A stretch of DNA of 64,000 nucleotides from Escherichia phage KIT01. Where the stretch lies: sequence record AP019521.1, one strand, 5' to 3'. Position 1 is the first letter of the stretch; each line of letters starts with the position of its first letter. Positions 1-7,311 of this stretch are shown here, one piece after another. A program made the position numbers and the translations under genes. Under the pieces are notes generated by a model that did not search any database, had not been told where the DNA came from, and saw nothing but the letters and a program-made list of their open reading frames with translations.

Positions 1-22
1 ATGGTAATAGTAACACGATTTT

Positions 23-352
23 CTAGAGTTGTACATCACTTCTGCAATATTCTAAAAATAATTTATCATTGTCTACAGTATCCCAACGACGCCAAGATGG
101 ATTCCAGACCAGAGCGTTGTCACCACAATCATTGAGCTTAAAATGGTCGTAGTACATAGCTATATGTCTAGTTTCGTCACCAGAGAACCCTAGTATAGGC
201 TCACCGTGGGTGTGATACATATGATGGTGCATTGAGAGGTCGCATTTGTAAAACATCTCACGTTTACCACGAACGAACAAGAAAGCTTGCCCATTCATAT
301 AGAATTCTTTATCTGTTTTCAAAAGATATTTGAATACTGAATCTTTGTGCAT
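23..352 (-). CDS. hypothetical His-rich small protein (start moved to internal ATG with AGGAGG RBS)
   Basis: ORF 23..367; internal Met at 352 preceded by taggaggactt; His cluster SMHHHMYHTHGE. Confidence 0.4.
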   Translation of the reverse strand: MHKDSVFKYLLKTDKEFYMNGQAFLFVRGKREMFYKCDLSMHHHMYHTHGEPILGFSGDETRHIAMYYDHFKLNDCGDNALVWNPSWRRWDTVDNDKLFLEYCRSDVQL

Positions 353-382
353 AAGTCCTCCTACCACATCCGTGTGGTTAAA

Positions 383-610
383 TTATTTTCCTAACGAAAC
401 ACGAGTAGGTTTTTTACCAAAATAGTCTTCATAAGAACCATCTAAACGTCCCGCTTTAGACCGACAATATGAATCGTACTTTTTATAATAAGTCATCTCA
501 GTATTATAACGTGGGTGTCTATCAGCCATAATAATACTTAGTGGCCAACCTTTGGCATAATCGCGAAGACCATTTATTTTACGAATGTATCGTTTTTTCA
601 ATTTTAGCAT
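383..610 (-). CDS. hypothetical small basic protein
   Basis: 75-aa ORF in compact minus-strand early gene run, overlaps stop of upstream gene. Confidence 0.3.
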   Translation of the reverse strand: MLKLKKRYIRKINGLRDYAKGWPLSIIMADRHPRYNTEMTYYKKYDSYCRSKAGRLDGSYEDYFGKKPTRVSLGK

Positions 611-828
611 GAGCTTGGGTACCAGATTTTACCATCGGCCTGAGCAACGAAGGTGCGACCAGCTTCTTCACCATAACAAGAGCTATTCAGCCAATCTTCG
701 AGACGAACTTCACCGTCATAATCGTCTAGCTCAACACCAAAATCCTGAGCAGAAGCCATATCTTTTACTTTCTTATACAGTGCGGCCAGTTCAAGTGCCG
801 CTTTTTCTAATTCATTAATATCAGACAT
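604..828 (-). CDS. small acidic protein, member 1 of tandem paralog family (C-terminal W-x-SSC)
   Basis: 74 aa, ends IWYPSSC; shares motif and junction sequence with next three ORFs. Confidence 0.5.
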   Translation of the reverse strand: MSDINELEKAALELAALYKKVKDMASAQDFGVELDDYDGEVRLEDWLNSSCYGEEAGRTFVAQADGKIWYPSSC

Positions 829-839
829 TTTTTATCACC

Positions 840-1049
840 TTAGCAAGACATAGAGGAGCTAAACCAGAAACCTTCACCTTCAGGAATACCGTAGTCATCA
901 CGGGCCCATTCATAATCATCATATTCCGGACTAGAAGCTGGAATATATTCTTCGCCACCAGCGTGGAAGTGCTGACCTGTTTCGTCAGCCACGGCCTGGC
1001 CTTTACGTACTAATTCGCGGATTTGTTTTTCAATTTCATCAATAGTCAT
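840..1049 (-). CDS. small acidic protein, paralog family member 2
   Basis: 69 aa, ends FWFSSSMSC; conserved 3-prime junction ttagca...gaggag. Confidence 0.5.
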   Translation of the reverse strand: MTIDEIEKQIRELVRKGQAVADETGQHFHAGGEEYIPASSPEYDDYEWARDDYGIPEGEGFWFSSSMSC

Positions 1050-1058
1050 TTTATTTCC

Positions 1059-1340
1059 TTAGCATTCAGAAGAAGAGGACACCCAACCACCATTTTCTAG
1101 GCTGGTAGTGTAATCATGCTGGTTTACAATAGCGTACTGAGCTTCACCGTATTCTTCCCAGTGGGCAAGGTCGGCTTTCAGGGCGCCAGGAGAATAATAG
1201 TCACCGCCCATACCGCGAGCAGGGTATATATTAAAATGAGTCTCATATTTGTTTGCAATTTCCTCGGCACGACGAATAGCTTTATGGATATCATTTACTG
1301 CATCAGCCAGTTCTTTATTTTTACGGTAATCATTCATCAT
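1059..1340 (-). CDS. small acidic protein, paralog family member 3
   Basis: 93 aa, ends GGWVSSSSEC; KYETHF and DYYSPG motifs shared with member 4. Confidence 0.5.
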   Translation of the reverse strand: MMNDYRKNKELADAVNDIHKAIRRAEEIANKYETHFNIYPARGMGGDYYSPGALKADLAHWEEYGEAQYAIVNQHDYTTSLENGGWVSSSSEC

Positions 1341-1349
1341 AGCGTTTCC

Positions 1350-1640
1350 TTAGCACAATGCCGAAGAGGAGACCCAAGCACCAACGGTAACGACACCGTT
1401 TTCAACTTCACCACCGTTGTTTTCAATTTCATCTTTAAACCACTGGGAGCATTCGTAACCGACAGGATAATATGTACGACCCGAACCATAATCACCAGTG
1501 CCGAATTCAATACCATACTTATCGGCAATAGCTTCACATTCATGTTCGATGGTATTCACTTTATTCAGAAGAGCATAGATAGCCTTTTCTGCAGATTTCT
1601 CGTCGTTGTGTTCCGGGATTTCGATTTCAATTTTATTCAT
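1350..1640 (-). CDS. small acidic protein, paralog family member 4
   Basis: 96 aa, ends GAWVSSSALC; KYGIEF and YYPVGYE motifs. Confidence 0.5.
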   Translation of the reverse strand: MNKIEIEIPEHNDEKSAEKAIYALLNKVNTIEHECEAIADKYGIEFGTGDYGSGRTYYPVGYECSQWFKDEIENNGGEVENGVVTVGAWVSSSALC

Positions 1641-1987
1641 GATTTACATTCCTTAATAAAGGTTTCAAGGTCATTACGTTTAGTTTGTTTTACATACTCA
1701 TTATAATTAGCCATCTCTAAAGCATATCTCTTTTTGCTTGGCTTGTTTATCCTATTGGTGTTGATAATATCCAAGACAAGAGGGATAAAGTATCCTATTA
1801 AAGCTGGAACCCAAATCCAGGCAGGGTTCAATTCAAATAGATTTTGTGTCGTATCATTAACGACTCCGCCAGCAATTAGTCCAACAAGCCCGGCAATCAT
1901 ACCAGTGACAAGTCCAGCGAATAAAGAAATAGCGATATCATAATCTGCTAATGCGTAACCAGGGTCGGTTTTACTAGGCTTATACAT
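1637..1987 (-). CDS. small membrane protein (two predicted TM helices)
   Basis: ORF 1637..2161 trimmed to internal ATG at 1987 preceded by aagagg; hydrophobic stretches ISLFAGLVTGMIAGLVGLIAGG and WIWVPALIGYFIPLVL. Confidence 0.4.
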   Translation of the reverse strand: MYKPSKTDPGYALADYDIAISLFAGLVTGMIAGLVGLIAGGVVNDTTQNLFELNPAWIWVPALIGYFIPLVLDIINTNRINKPSKKRYALEMANYNEYVKQTKRNDLETFIKECKS

Positions 1988-2516
1988 TACGAACCTCTTT
2001 AGCGTATTCGCGGCATTCAGCAATAAAACGATTAAGCTTCCGTTGCTGTTTTCGAATCTCTGATGTATACTCATTGGCCAAAATAATAAGCTCATCTTTA
2101 TCGTAATTTTTAATATCAGAGTAAGATGGGCGGCGGTCGACCATACCAAAATGGTCACCATTTTCTAACATCAAATAGCATACTAAATGGTAATCATCGT
2201 CGGCATTAGTAAGCTGTTTATAATCGCTTGGTTCATTTAAAGAGTATACTGAATAGCGTAGCCCAGCGAACTCCACTCGTTGAATATCCAGATTTACGTC
2301 AATAATTTCTAAAGCTTCTGCAAAAGAAAGGTCCTCAGCCAAAGCAAAGATAAAAGGTAATTTGGTAGTATGCCCACGGCTACTTGTTCGACTTAAGAAA
2401 TCATTGGAATAACCTAAGTCTTGGCGAATTCTATAAAGAACTGAATTAGTTTCATGTGAAAGACCACTATGTTTAAACCAATCAATATTTGATATCAGGT
2501 CGTCATATAAACTCAT
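1980..2516 (-). CDS. hypothetical protein
   Basis: 178-aa ORF; ggaggagagg RBS region upstream at 2521-2530; terminator-like hairpin just beyond. Confidence 0.45.
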   Translation of the reverse strand: MSLYDDLISNIDWFKHSGLSHETNSVLYRIRQDLGYSNDFLSRTSSRGHTTKLPFIFALAEDLSFAEALEIIDVNLDIQRVEFAGLRYSVYSLNEPSDYKQLTNADDDYHLVCYLMLENGDHFGMVDRRPSYSDIKNYDKDELIILANEYTSEIRKQQRKLNRFIAECREYAKEVRNV

Positions 2517-2539
2517 AATATTCTCCTCTCCTCCAAATA

Positions 2540-2557
2540 GGGAGACCGAAGTCTCCC
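2540..2557 (-). terminator. stable tetraloop hairpin (gggagac-TTCG-gtctccc on the transcribed minus strand)
   Basis: 7-bp GC-rich stem; same hairpin sequence as the gp23 terminator in opposite orientation; weak U-tract. Confidence 0.4.
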
Positions 2558-2564
2558 AGTAACA

Positions 2565-3158
2565 TTACTTAAGTGAATTAATGTAGTCGTCGATATCGGC
2601 AGAAGTCGTATCCATTCCAACTTGCGGGCCTTTAAACGTTTCTACACGCAGTAGGGTGTCTTCAATATCAATCTTAGTCAGTGCAGCGATTTCAACAACA
2701 TCATCGGCAGTAGCAATACCAAGGGCAGCCATATTACGAGTTTCACGGATATACTCGAGCTTAACGGCCAGTTCCTGACGAGAGTCATCAAGTTCCTTAA
2801 CCTTCAGTTTAATTTCATTACGCATTTCGATATAATCATCAGCTTTCTTACGAAGCTGAGTAGCTGTACGACGATAAAGGAGGCCAAGTTTAGCATGTAC
2901 CTGGACATCAGCGCCTTCGGCAATCAGTTTACGAATTTCACGTTCTTTAGAAGCAGCGAGCTGGTCCTTTTCATTAGCCAATGCACGAATACGTTTTTCT
3001 TCATTCACGGACTTAACATGAGCAGTCTGGAGTTCAGTAATTTTATCAATCAGGGTAGAAGCAGCTTTGGTGTATTGGTCTTCGATTGACAGGTTCTGAG
3101 TCATCGCGGTGCCCAGTTTAGAACGAATGAATTCAACGATTTTCTTTAAAGTGTTCAT
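2565..3158 (-). CDS. coiled-coil protein, possibly PspA/IM30-like
   Basis: 197 aa, heptad-rich Lys/Glu/Arg sequence with loose resemblance to PspA N-terminal region; early-type promoter upstream. Confidence 0.4.
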   Translation of the reverse strand: MNTLKKIVEFIRSKLGTAMTQNLSIEDQYTKAASTLIDKITELQTAHVKSVNEEKRIRALANEKDQLAASKEREIRKLIAEGADVQVHAKLGLLYRRTATQLRKKADDYIEMRNEIKLKVKELDDSRQELAVKLEYIRETRNMAALGIATADDVVEIAALTKIDIEDTLLRVETFKGPQVGMDTTSADIDDYINSLK

Positions 3159-3202
3159 AGTATTTCCTTCAGTTGGTTAACGTTTTGTAATCCATGAGGA
3201 CA

Positions 3203-3232
3203 TTATACCCTGTCCTCTGAGGGTTGTAAACA
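3203..3232 (-). promoter_or_regulatory. sigma70 early-type promoter (GTTTAC -35, TATAAT -10)
   Basis: minus strand GTTTACA-N17/18-TATAAT upstream of gene 2565..3158. Confidence 0.5.
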
Positions 3233-3234
3233 TT

Positions 3235-3636
3235 TTATTTCATTTTTGCTAGGCAGATTTCATTGGCTTCCCATTGAGCTTGCTTAATAATAGCTTTGGA
3301 TACAGGAACCCTTTGGCCATAAATTTTTGACGTTGAGAGAACAATATATTTGTTTGCCTCATTATGCCATCCTACTGATTTTTCGCCATGAGTACCTTTA
3401 ACTACAGCAGACACCTCAACAGAGCAGCCATCAGAACTAATCTTGGTGTCTACAATCCATTCATTTCTCTCGGCAGCTTCAATTTCCGATCTCATTTTTT
3501 CTTCATACATGGCTGCCCAATCAGTTTTCGCCAAGTTGAAAGTAAGAGCTTTCTCTAATTCTTTGGCGGCTTTTTGTTGTTCAGGTGTTAATGAATTATA
3601 CAACTCTTGCATTTCTTTATCTTCGATATTCATCAT
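3235..3636 (-). CDS. hypothetical protein
   Basis: 133-aa ORF with GAGGAG RBS and early-type promoter upstream. Confidence 0.45.
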   Translation of the reverse strand: MMNIEDKEMQELYNSLTPEQQKAAKELEKALTFNLAKTDWAAMYEEKMRSEIEAAERNEWIVDTKISSDGCSVEVSAVVKGTHGEKSVGWHNEANKYIVLSTSKIYGQRVPVSKAIIKQAQWEANEICLAKMK

Positions 3637-3659
3637 GCTCTCCTCAAATTATAGGGCTC

Positions 3660-3690
3660 ATAATATCTTAATCATGAGCCCATGTAAACA
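3660..3690 (-). promoter_or_regulatory. sigma70 early-type promoter
   Basis: minus strand GTTTACA ... TATTAT upstream of gene 3235..3636. Confidence 0.45.
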
Positions 3691-3692
3691 TT

Positions 3693-3971
3693 TTATTTCA
3701 TATTATTGAAATAATCTTCTGCATCAAAATCGTTATCATGATAAACTTTGGTAGACGATTTGGCGTAGCCTTCAGCTGAGAACATATTAATCACAACTTT
3801 AATTGTATACCACTGTCCATCTTCATTACCCATTACTGCATAGGTTTCATACACTGGGTGTTCAGGACCGATAACTTTAATATCGTTAACAGTAGCACCA
3901 AATTCTTCAGGAACGCATTTCATAAAGAAATTAAACAATTCACCATAATTATCCATTTTACTCTCCTTCAC
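3693..3971 (-). CDS. hypothetical protein
   Basis: 92-aa ORF; aaggag RBS (plus-strand ctcctt 3963-3968); conserved promoter-leader cassette upstream. Confidence 0.45.
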   Translation of the reverse strand: MKESKMDNYGELFNFFMKCVPEEFGATVNDIKVIGPEHPVYETYAVMGNEDGQWYTIKVVINMFSAEGYAKSSTKVYHDNDFDAEDYFNNMK

Positions 3972-3991
3972 ACTGTTGTTTTGATAGGTCT

Positions 3992-4020
3992 ATAGTATCA
4001 TGTTTAAAGGAGGTGTAAAC
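3992..4020 (-). promoter_or_regulatory. sigma70 early-type promoter with conserved leader TACTATAGACCTATCAAAAC
   Basis: minus strand GTTTACA-N17-TACTAT; cassette repeated at 7280, 7848, 41716. Confidence 0.5.
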
Positions 4021-4049
4021 AACTTTGTGAAATTATTTTTAGTTTAAAC

Positions 4050-4074
4050 CCCCAAAAAGGAGACCGAAGTCTCC
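4050..4074 (-). terminator. intrinsic terminator after IPIII-like gene
   Basis: hairpin ggagac-TTCG-gtctcc followed on minus strand by UUUUUGGGGGUUU. Confidence 0.6.
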
Positions 4075-4079
4075 TTTCA

Positions 4080-4688
4080 TTATTTACGAGTCTTTTCGAA
4101 CTGTGCTGCGTCACCTGCAAGGCGGCCCGCTTGGCGAAGTTTGTTATTGATTTCTTCGCGCATAGGCTGGGTATACTTAAGGCCTTCAACCGTCAGATAG
4201 AGACGATACAGGTCTGGGGTATCCAGGTTGTTAATGTGTTGACCATTACGAAGAGCGTTGAATTCACGAACAAGGTGTTTAGTTTCAGATTCGATTTCAG
4301 AAACTAAAGAAGCCAGTTGGTTATATTTTTTAACTATAGTGCTGGTGTCAAACTTGATTTTAGATTTAGGAGCTTCTTTTACAGGTTCTGGTTTAGGCGT
4401 CGGTTTCGGTGTTGCAACTTTGGGCTGAGCCGCAGGTTTAGCAACAGGAGCTTTAGCAGGTTTAGCAGCGCCACCAGCTACTATATCTTTAAAAGCTTTG
4501 GAAGCTTTGTAATATTCTTTCTGGCTGCTAGTATCAAAACCATACATATCATAGACGTTTTTAAAGAATTCGGTGGTGGTTTTAGTCCCAGAAATTTTAT
4601 CATAAGCTGCTTGCCACATATCTTTAGTCATGCGGATGCCGGCTTCACTCAGAACGCTTTCGTTCAAAAATTCATTGTAAGTTTTCAT
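4080..4688 (-). CDS. internal protein, IPIII-like, with N-terminal capsid targeting sequence
   Basis: 202 aa (T4 IPIII about 193); N-terminus MKTYNEFLNE matches T4 CTS consensus MKTYQEFIAE; Ala/Pro/Lys-rich linker; late promoter TATAAATA upstream. Confidence 0.6.
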   Translation of the reverse strand: MKTYNEFLNESVLSEAGIRMTKDMWQAAYDKISGTKTTTEFFKNVYDMYGFDTSSQKEYYKASKAFKDIVAGGAAKPAKAPVAKPAAQPKVATPKPTPKPEPVKEAPKSKIKFDTSTIVKKYNQLASLVSEIESETKHLVREFNALRNGQHINNLDTPDLYRLYLTVEGLKYTQPMREEINNKLRQAGRLAGDAAQFEKTRK

Positions 4689-4716
4689 TGGTATTTCCTA
4701 AGTTAATTAACTTATC

Positions 4717-4724
4717 TATTTATA
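4717..4724 (-). promoter_or_regulatory. T4-type late promoter TATAAATA
   Basis: exact TATAAATA on minus strand upstream of IPIII-like gene. Confidence 0.6.
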
Positions 4725-4730
4725 CAAAAA

Positions 4731-4752
4731 GCCCAACCTTTCGGAAGGGCCG
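4731..4752 (-). terminator. terminator-like hairpin (cccaacctttcggaagggc family) with U-tract
   Basis: GC stem, followed on minus strand by CUUUUUGUA; repeated at 5353 and 50552. Confidence 0.5.
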
Positions 4753-4756
4753 TGAA

Positions 4757-5311
4757 TCAATTCTTATAGAATCGGAACGGGTTTACGTGGAAGGCTAACA
4801 TAGCCTTAGGGATTTTACGAGACAAAAGACTCTTAAGTTTCCAACCGCAGTATACTCGTAGGTAAAAGGTAATCCCACCAACCTTAAGATATGGAACCGA
4901 AGCAAAGACTCCCCAGGCGTCGTCATTCCACATCCATAGCCACCCATGATGAGCTTTATCAGGAGAACCTGATTCCACATCGGGATTACCACGATAATGG
5001 AATTCTGAGCTACAATCACGGCCGAGTTTATGGTAAGCAAAGTTATAAGCTTTATTTCGCCACAACCAGGCTACTCGTTGAAGGTATATGCCTAAAGGTA
5101 GTTTTCTTATTTTAGCCCAACGTTTAATGTGACCTTTATCACCGTCAATTGGATTATCGTATGTCATCATCCAATCAAAGCCGTACGGCAATTTACCAGT
5201 CTTTTTATTGTGGAAAGGAACTACAAAAGGTGCAAGGATAACAGCCAGAACCATAGAGATAAAATCTAGTGGGACCAACAGAACCCAACTCAAATATTTT
5301 AAAAGTTTCAT
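4757..5311 (-). CDS. hypothetical protein with N-terminal hydrophobic segment
   Basis: 184 aa; late promoter TATAAATA at 5338-5345 and same upstream cassette as the IPIII-like gene. Confidence 0.45.
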   Translation of the reverse strand: MKLLKYLSWVLLVPLDFISMVLAVILAPFVVPFHNKKTGKLPYGFDWMMTYDNPIDGDKGHIKRWAKIRKLPLGIYLQRVAWLWRNKAYNFAYHKLGRDCSSEFHYRGNPDVESGSPDKAHHGWLWMWNDDAWGVFASVPYLKVGGITFYLRVYCGWKLKSLLSRKIPKAMLAFHVNPFRFYKN

Positions 5312-5337
5312 ATTATTTCCTAAGTTAGTTTACTACA

Positions 5338-5345
5338 TATTTATA
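5338..5345 (-). promoter_or_regulatory. T4-type late promoter TATAAATA
   Basis: exact TATAAATA on minus strand upstream of gene 4757..5311. Confidence 0.6.
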
Positions 5346-5352
5346 CAAAAAA

Positions 5353-5374
5353 GGCCCAACCTTTCGGAAGGGCC
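5353..5374 (-). terminator. terminator-like hairpin at the end of the tRNA/RNA transcription unit
   Basis: ggcccaacctttcggaagggcc followed on minus strand by UUUUUUG. Confidence 0.55.
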
Positions 5375-5389
5375 TTTAACCTAGGGTAA

Positions 5390-5750
5390 CCTTGTCGGGG
5401 TTCCACCTGCTAGGCAAGTGTTTGTACGAAACGCCAGGATTCGAACCCGGTTATTAAGTAGTTGACGCTACTCAATATTTTTAAAAGGCCATATCTCGAC
5501 CATATCCGAACGTTCCGTCAAAAACGCTACTCGGCTTACGGCAAAGATATTTCCTCGAATCGATAATTAGGTGCGCCGTTTCTGCTGTGATGTAAGGGGA
5601 CGTTAACAGATCGTAAAGATTTGTTAATGCCAGTCCTTACTCAGGGAACATCAGTCCGACGACTTACCGGTAGCGACCCGGTTTCTTGTTTGTTGCGCCG
5701 GTGAATGCTGGTAATCAGTCTTCATACGACGGCTTGACTATATAATAGTC
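5390..5750 (-). ncRNA. ORF-free region downstream of the tRNAs: candidate stable small RNA(s), comparable in position to T4 species 1/2 RNAs
   Basis: about 360 nt without ORF of 60 aa or more, bounded by tRNA-Arg and a terminator hairpin; contains a tRNA T-arm-like GGTTCGAATCC motif (5434-5450) without a full cloverleaf. Confidence 0.3.
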
Positions 5751-5756
5751 TTCATT

Positions 5757-5831
5757 TGGTATCCCGCCCTGGGATCGAACCAGGACCGCAAACTTAGAAG
5801 GATCGTATGCTATCCATTACACCAGCGGGAC
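5757..5831 (-). tRNA. tRNA-Arg (anticodon UCU), CCA encoded
   Basis: manual cloverleaf: 7-bp acceptor GTCCCGC/GCGGGAT, T-arm CCTGG-TTCGATC-CCAGG, anticodon loop CTTCTAA with U33 and A37; one mismatch in anticodon stem. Confidence 0.7.
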
Positions 5832-5836
5832 GTAGT

Positions 5837-5913
5837 TGGTGACCCAGACCAGATTTGAACTGGTAACCTTTCCCTTATGAGGGGACTGCTGCTAACCATT
5901 GAGCTACAGGGCC
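5837..5913 (-). tRNA. tRNA with CAU anticodon (Ile-lysidine type or Met), CCA encoded
   Basis: manual fold: acceptor GGCCCTG/CTGGGTC (one mismatch), U8, D-arm GCTCAATGGTTAGC, anticodon loop CTCATAA, T-arm ACCAG-TTCAAAT-CTGGT. Confidence 0.6.
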
Positions 5914-5918
5914 TTAAA

Positions 5919-6185
5919 TCAAACTACAAATCCAGCAGGAGCATTATCATCTTTAGCCATGTGCTGAATTGTATGATAAGTCATTTCTTCAGGAGCAACC
6001 AGATAAGCCGCAGCGTTAACTAGTGGAATTATTTTTGGTTTAGCGAATGTGCTATCGGCAATTGCCATAAAGGGCTCGCCATCAGTCTCAACTTCGCCAA
6101 ATTGACATTCATATGAAATAGAACAACGTTTGGTAGTTGTTGTCTTGGTTTCTGGGTCGTAAAAAGCTAATTTTAATACTAACAT
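5919..6185 (-). CDS. hypothetical protein
   Basis: track ORF 5919..6191 begins at GTG; ATG at 6185 with GAGGT RBS preferred. Confidence 0.35.
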   Translation of the reverse strand: MLVLKLAFYDPETKTTTTKRCSISYECQFGEVETDGEPFMAIADSTFAKPKIIPLVNAAAYLVAPEEMTYHTIQHMAKDDNAPAGFVV

Positions 6186-6242
6186 AAACACCTCAAATAA
6201 AATTAAGTAAAGTAAGTTTGATTAATAGACTTTGTCTATTAT

Positions 6243-6268
6243 GAAAGGTTCTTTGAGGGAAGAACCTT
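6243..6268 (-). other. 10-bp perfect inverted repeat hairpin in 5-prime leader
   Basis: aaaggttctt-tgaggg-aagaaccttt; no flanking U-tract. Confidence 0.4.
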
Positions 6269-6297
6269 TGGTAATAGAGGGTATTAATGATAGAGTA

Positions 6298-6324
6298 ATA
6301 ATAACACATTACTCTTAAAGCATA
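6298..6324 (-). promoter_or_regulatory. middle-type promoter candidate (MotA-box-like) upstream of the tRNA-proximal operon
   Basis: minus strand taTGCTTTA-N12-TATTAT; shares aaagcatattact with the rnlB site. Confidence 0.35.
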
Positions 6325-6359
6325 TTACTATTTTTAGGAATAGTCTGGTCAAATTTGAT

Positions 6360-6650
6360 TCATTGTGGCCACATATTAATGTAATCAAGTTTAATAGAAG
6401 CAATCTTCAAAGGATTTTTAAAGATGTCGTATTCGATCAATCCGTTTTCAGTTGCGGTGTAGAAAGTAAAGTTAACAGAATTATAACGGCGACCATTAAC
6501 TTTTAGTTTAACGTCGCTTGAACTACGACCAATATTAACCTGTTGGACATCAAGCACAGCACCTTTGCCAAAGTTGCGAATCAGTAGCTCTGCTGCAACC
6601 TGGTCTGAATTATAGCCATTCTCTGGATTAGTAACCTTAACGTATAGCAT
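6360..6650 (-). CDS. hypothetical protein
   Basis: 96-aa ORF, start abuts stop of upstream gene. Confidence 0.4.
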   Translation of the reverse strand: MLYVKVTNPENGYNSDQVAAELLIRNFGKGAVLDVQQVNIGRSSSDVKLKVNGRRYNSVNFTFYTATENGLIEYDIFKNPLKIASIKLDYINMWPQ

Positions 6651-7058
6651 TTAACCCTCGTCTACAATAGTATGGGTATTAGCATTAACAATCTGCCACC
6701 AGTCACAGTCAAAACGATTAGAACCGTAACGAGGCTTTTTCTCATTTTCGTTAATAATATCACGTAGTTCGTCTTCAGAAAATGCTTTAGCGATTAAATC
6801 GGTATAGCCGCCACGTGGATAATAGTTATCACCTGCGAACAGAAGGAAATTTACTTTACCAGAAGGAACATATGCTTCCTTAGAGTACTTGTTTCCTGCA
6901 TGGTCTACCACTTCAATATAACGATAAGGGATATCGGTACTTTCAACCCATTGCCAAGCTGCAGCAGGGGATTCAAAAGCATCTACACCTAAACGGTTAT
7001 CTTCATCTTTAGACGGATTATTTTCATAATCCGCATATACATAATATTCAACGTTCAT
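6651..7058 (-). CDS. hypothetical protein
   Basis: 135-aa ORF in tightly packed operon. Confidence 0.45.
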   Translation of the reverse strand: MNVEYYVYADYENNPSKDEDNRLGVDAFESPAAAWQWVESTDIPYRYIEVVDHAGNKYSKEAYVPSGKVNFLLFAGDNYYPRGGYTDLIAKAFSEDELRDIINENEKKPRYGSNRFDCDWWQIVNANTHTIVDEG

Positions 7059-7243
7059 TATTCACCTTTAGAGATTTTATCCATAACGAAAGAAATTGAA
7101 CCAATTAAGAATGCCACTACTAAAGAGATTATATTCTCTGAAGTTGAAAGCATATCGAGCATGAATCCTGCAAACATACTAAAGCCAAAAGCAGTAACAG
7201 CGGCCAGTGCAGTAACATTTCTAATTAATTCACAACGTTTCAT
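7058..7243 (-). CDS. small membrane protein
   Basis: ORF 7058..7255 trimmed to ATG at 7243 behind ggagaataaa RBS; hydrophobic core VTALAAVTAFGFSMFAGF. Confidence 0.4.
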   Translation of the reverse strand: MKRCELIRNVTALAAVTAFGFSMFAGFMLDMLSTSENIISLVVAFLIGSISFVMDKISKGE

Positions 7244-7279
7244 TTTATTCTCCAATCACTCATTTGTTTTGATAGGGCT

Positions 7280-7309
7280 ATAGTACCATCACTAAAGCCC
7301 GTTGTAAAC
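7280..7309 (-). promoter_or_regulatory. sigma70 early-type promoter (cassette copy)
   Basis: GTTTACA ... TACTATAGCCCTATCAAAAC upstream of 7058..7243. Confidence 0.5.
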
Positions 7310-7311
7310 AA

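Noticed and set aside
1116-1706. 196-aa plus-strand ORF across the paralog array
   Set aside because: Antisense to four RBS-supported minus-strand genes; hydrophobic low-complexity translation.
5427-5517. Possible third tRNA built around the T-arm motif at 5434-5450
   Set aside because: An acceptor stem can be paired (CGGAACG/CGTTTCG) but no credible D-arm or anticodon arm could be folded and no CCA is encoded; kept only as part of the candidate small-RNA region.
5731-5747. TTGACT ... TATAAT-like string next to tRNA-Arg on the plus strand
   Set aside because: -35 and -10 elements are separated by 1-2 nt only and point away from any plus-strand gene.
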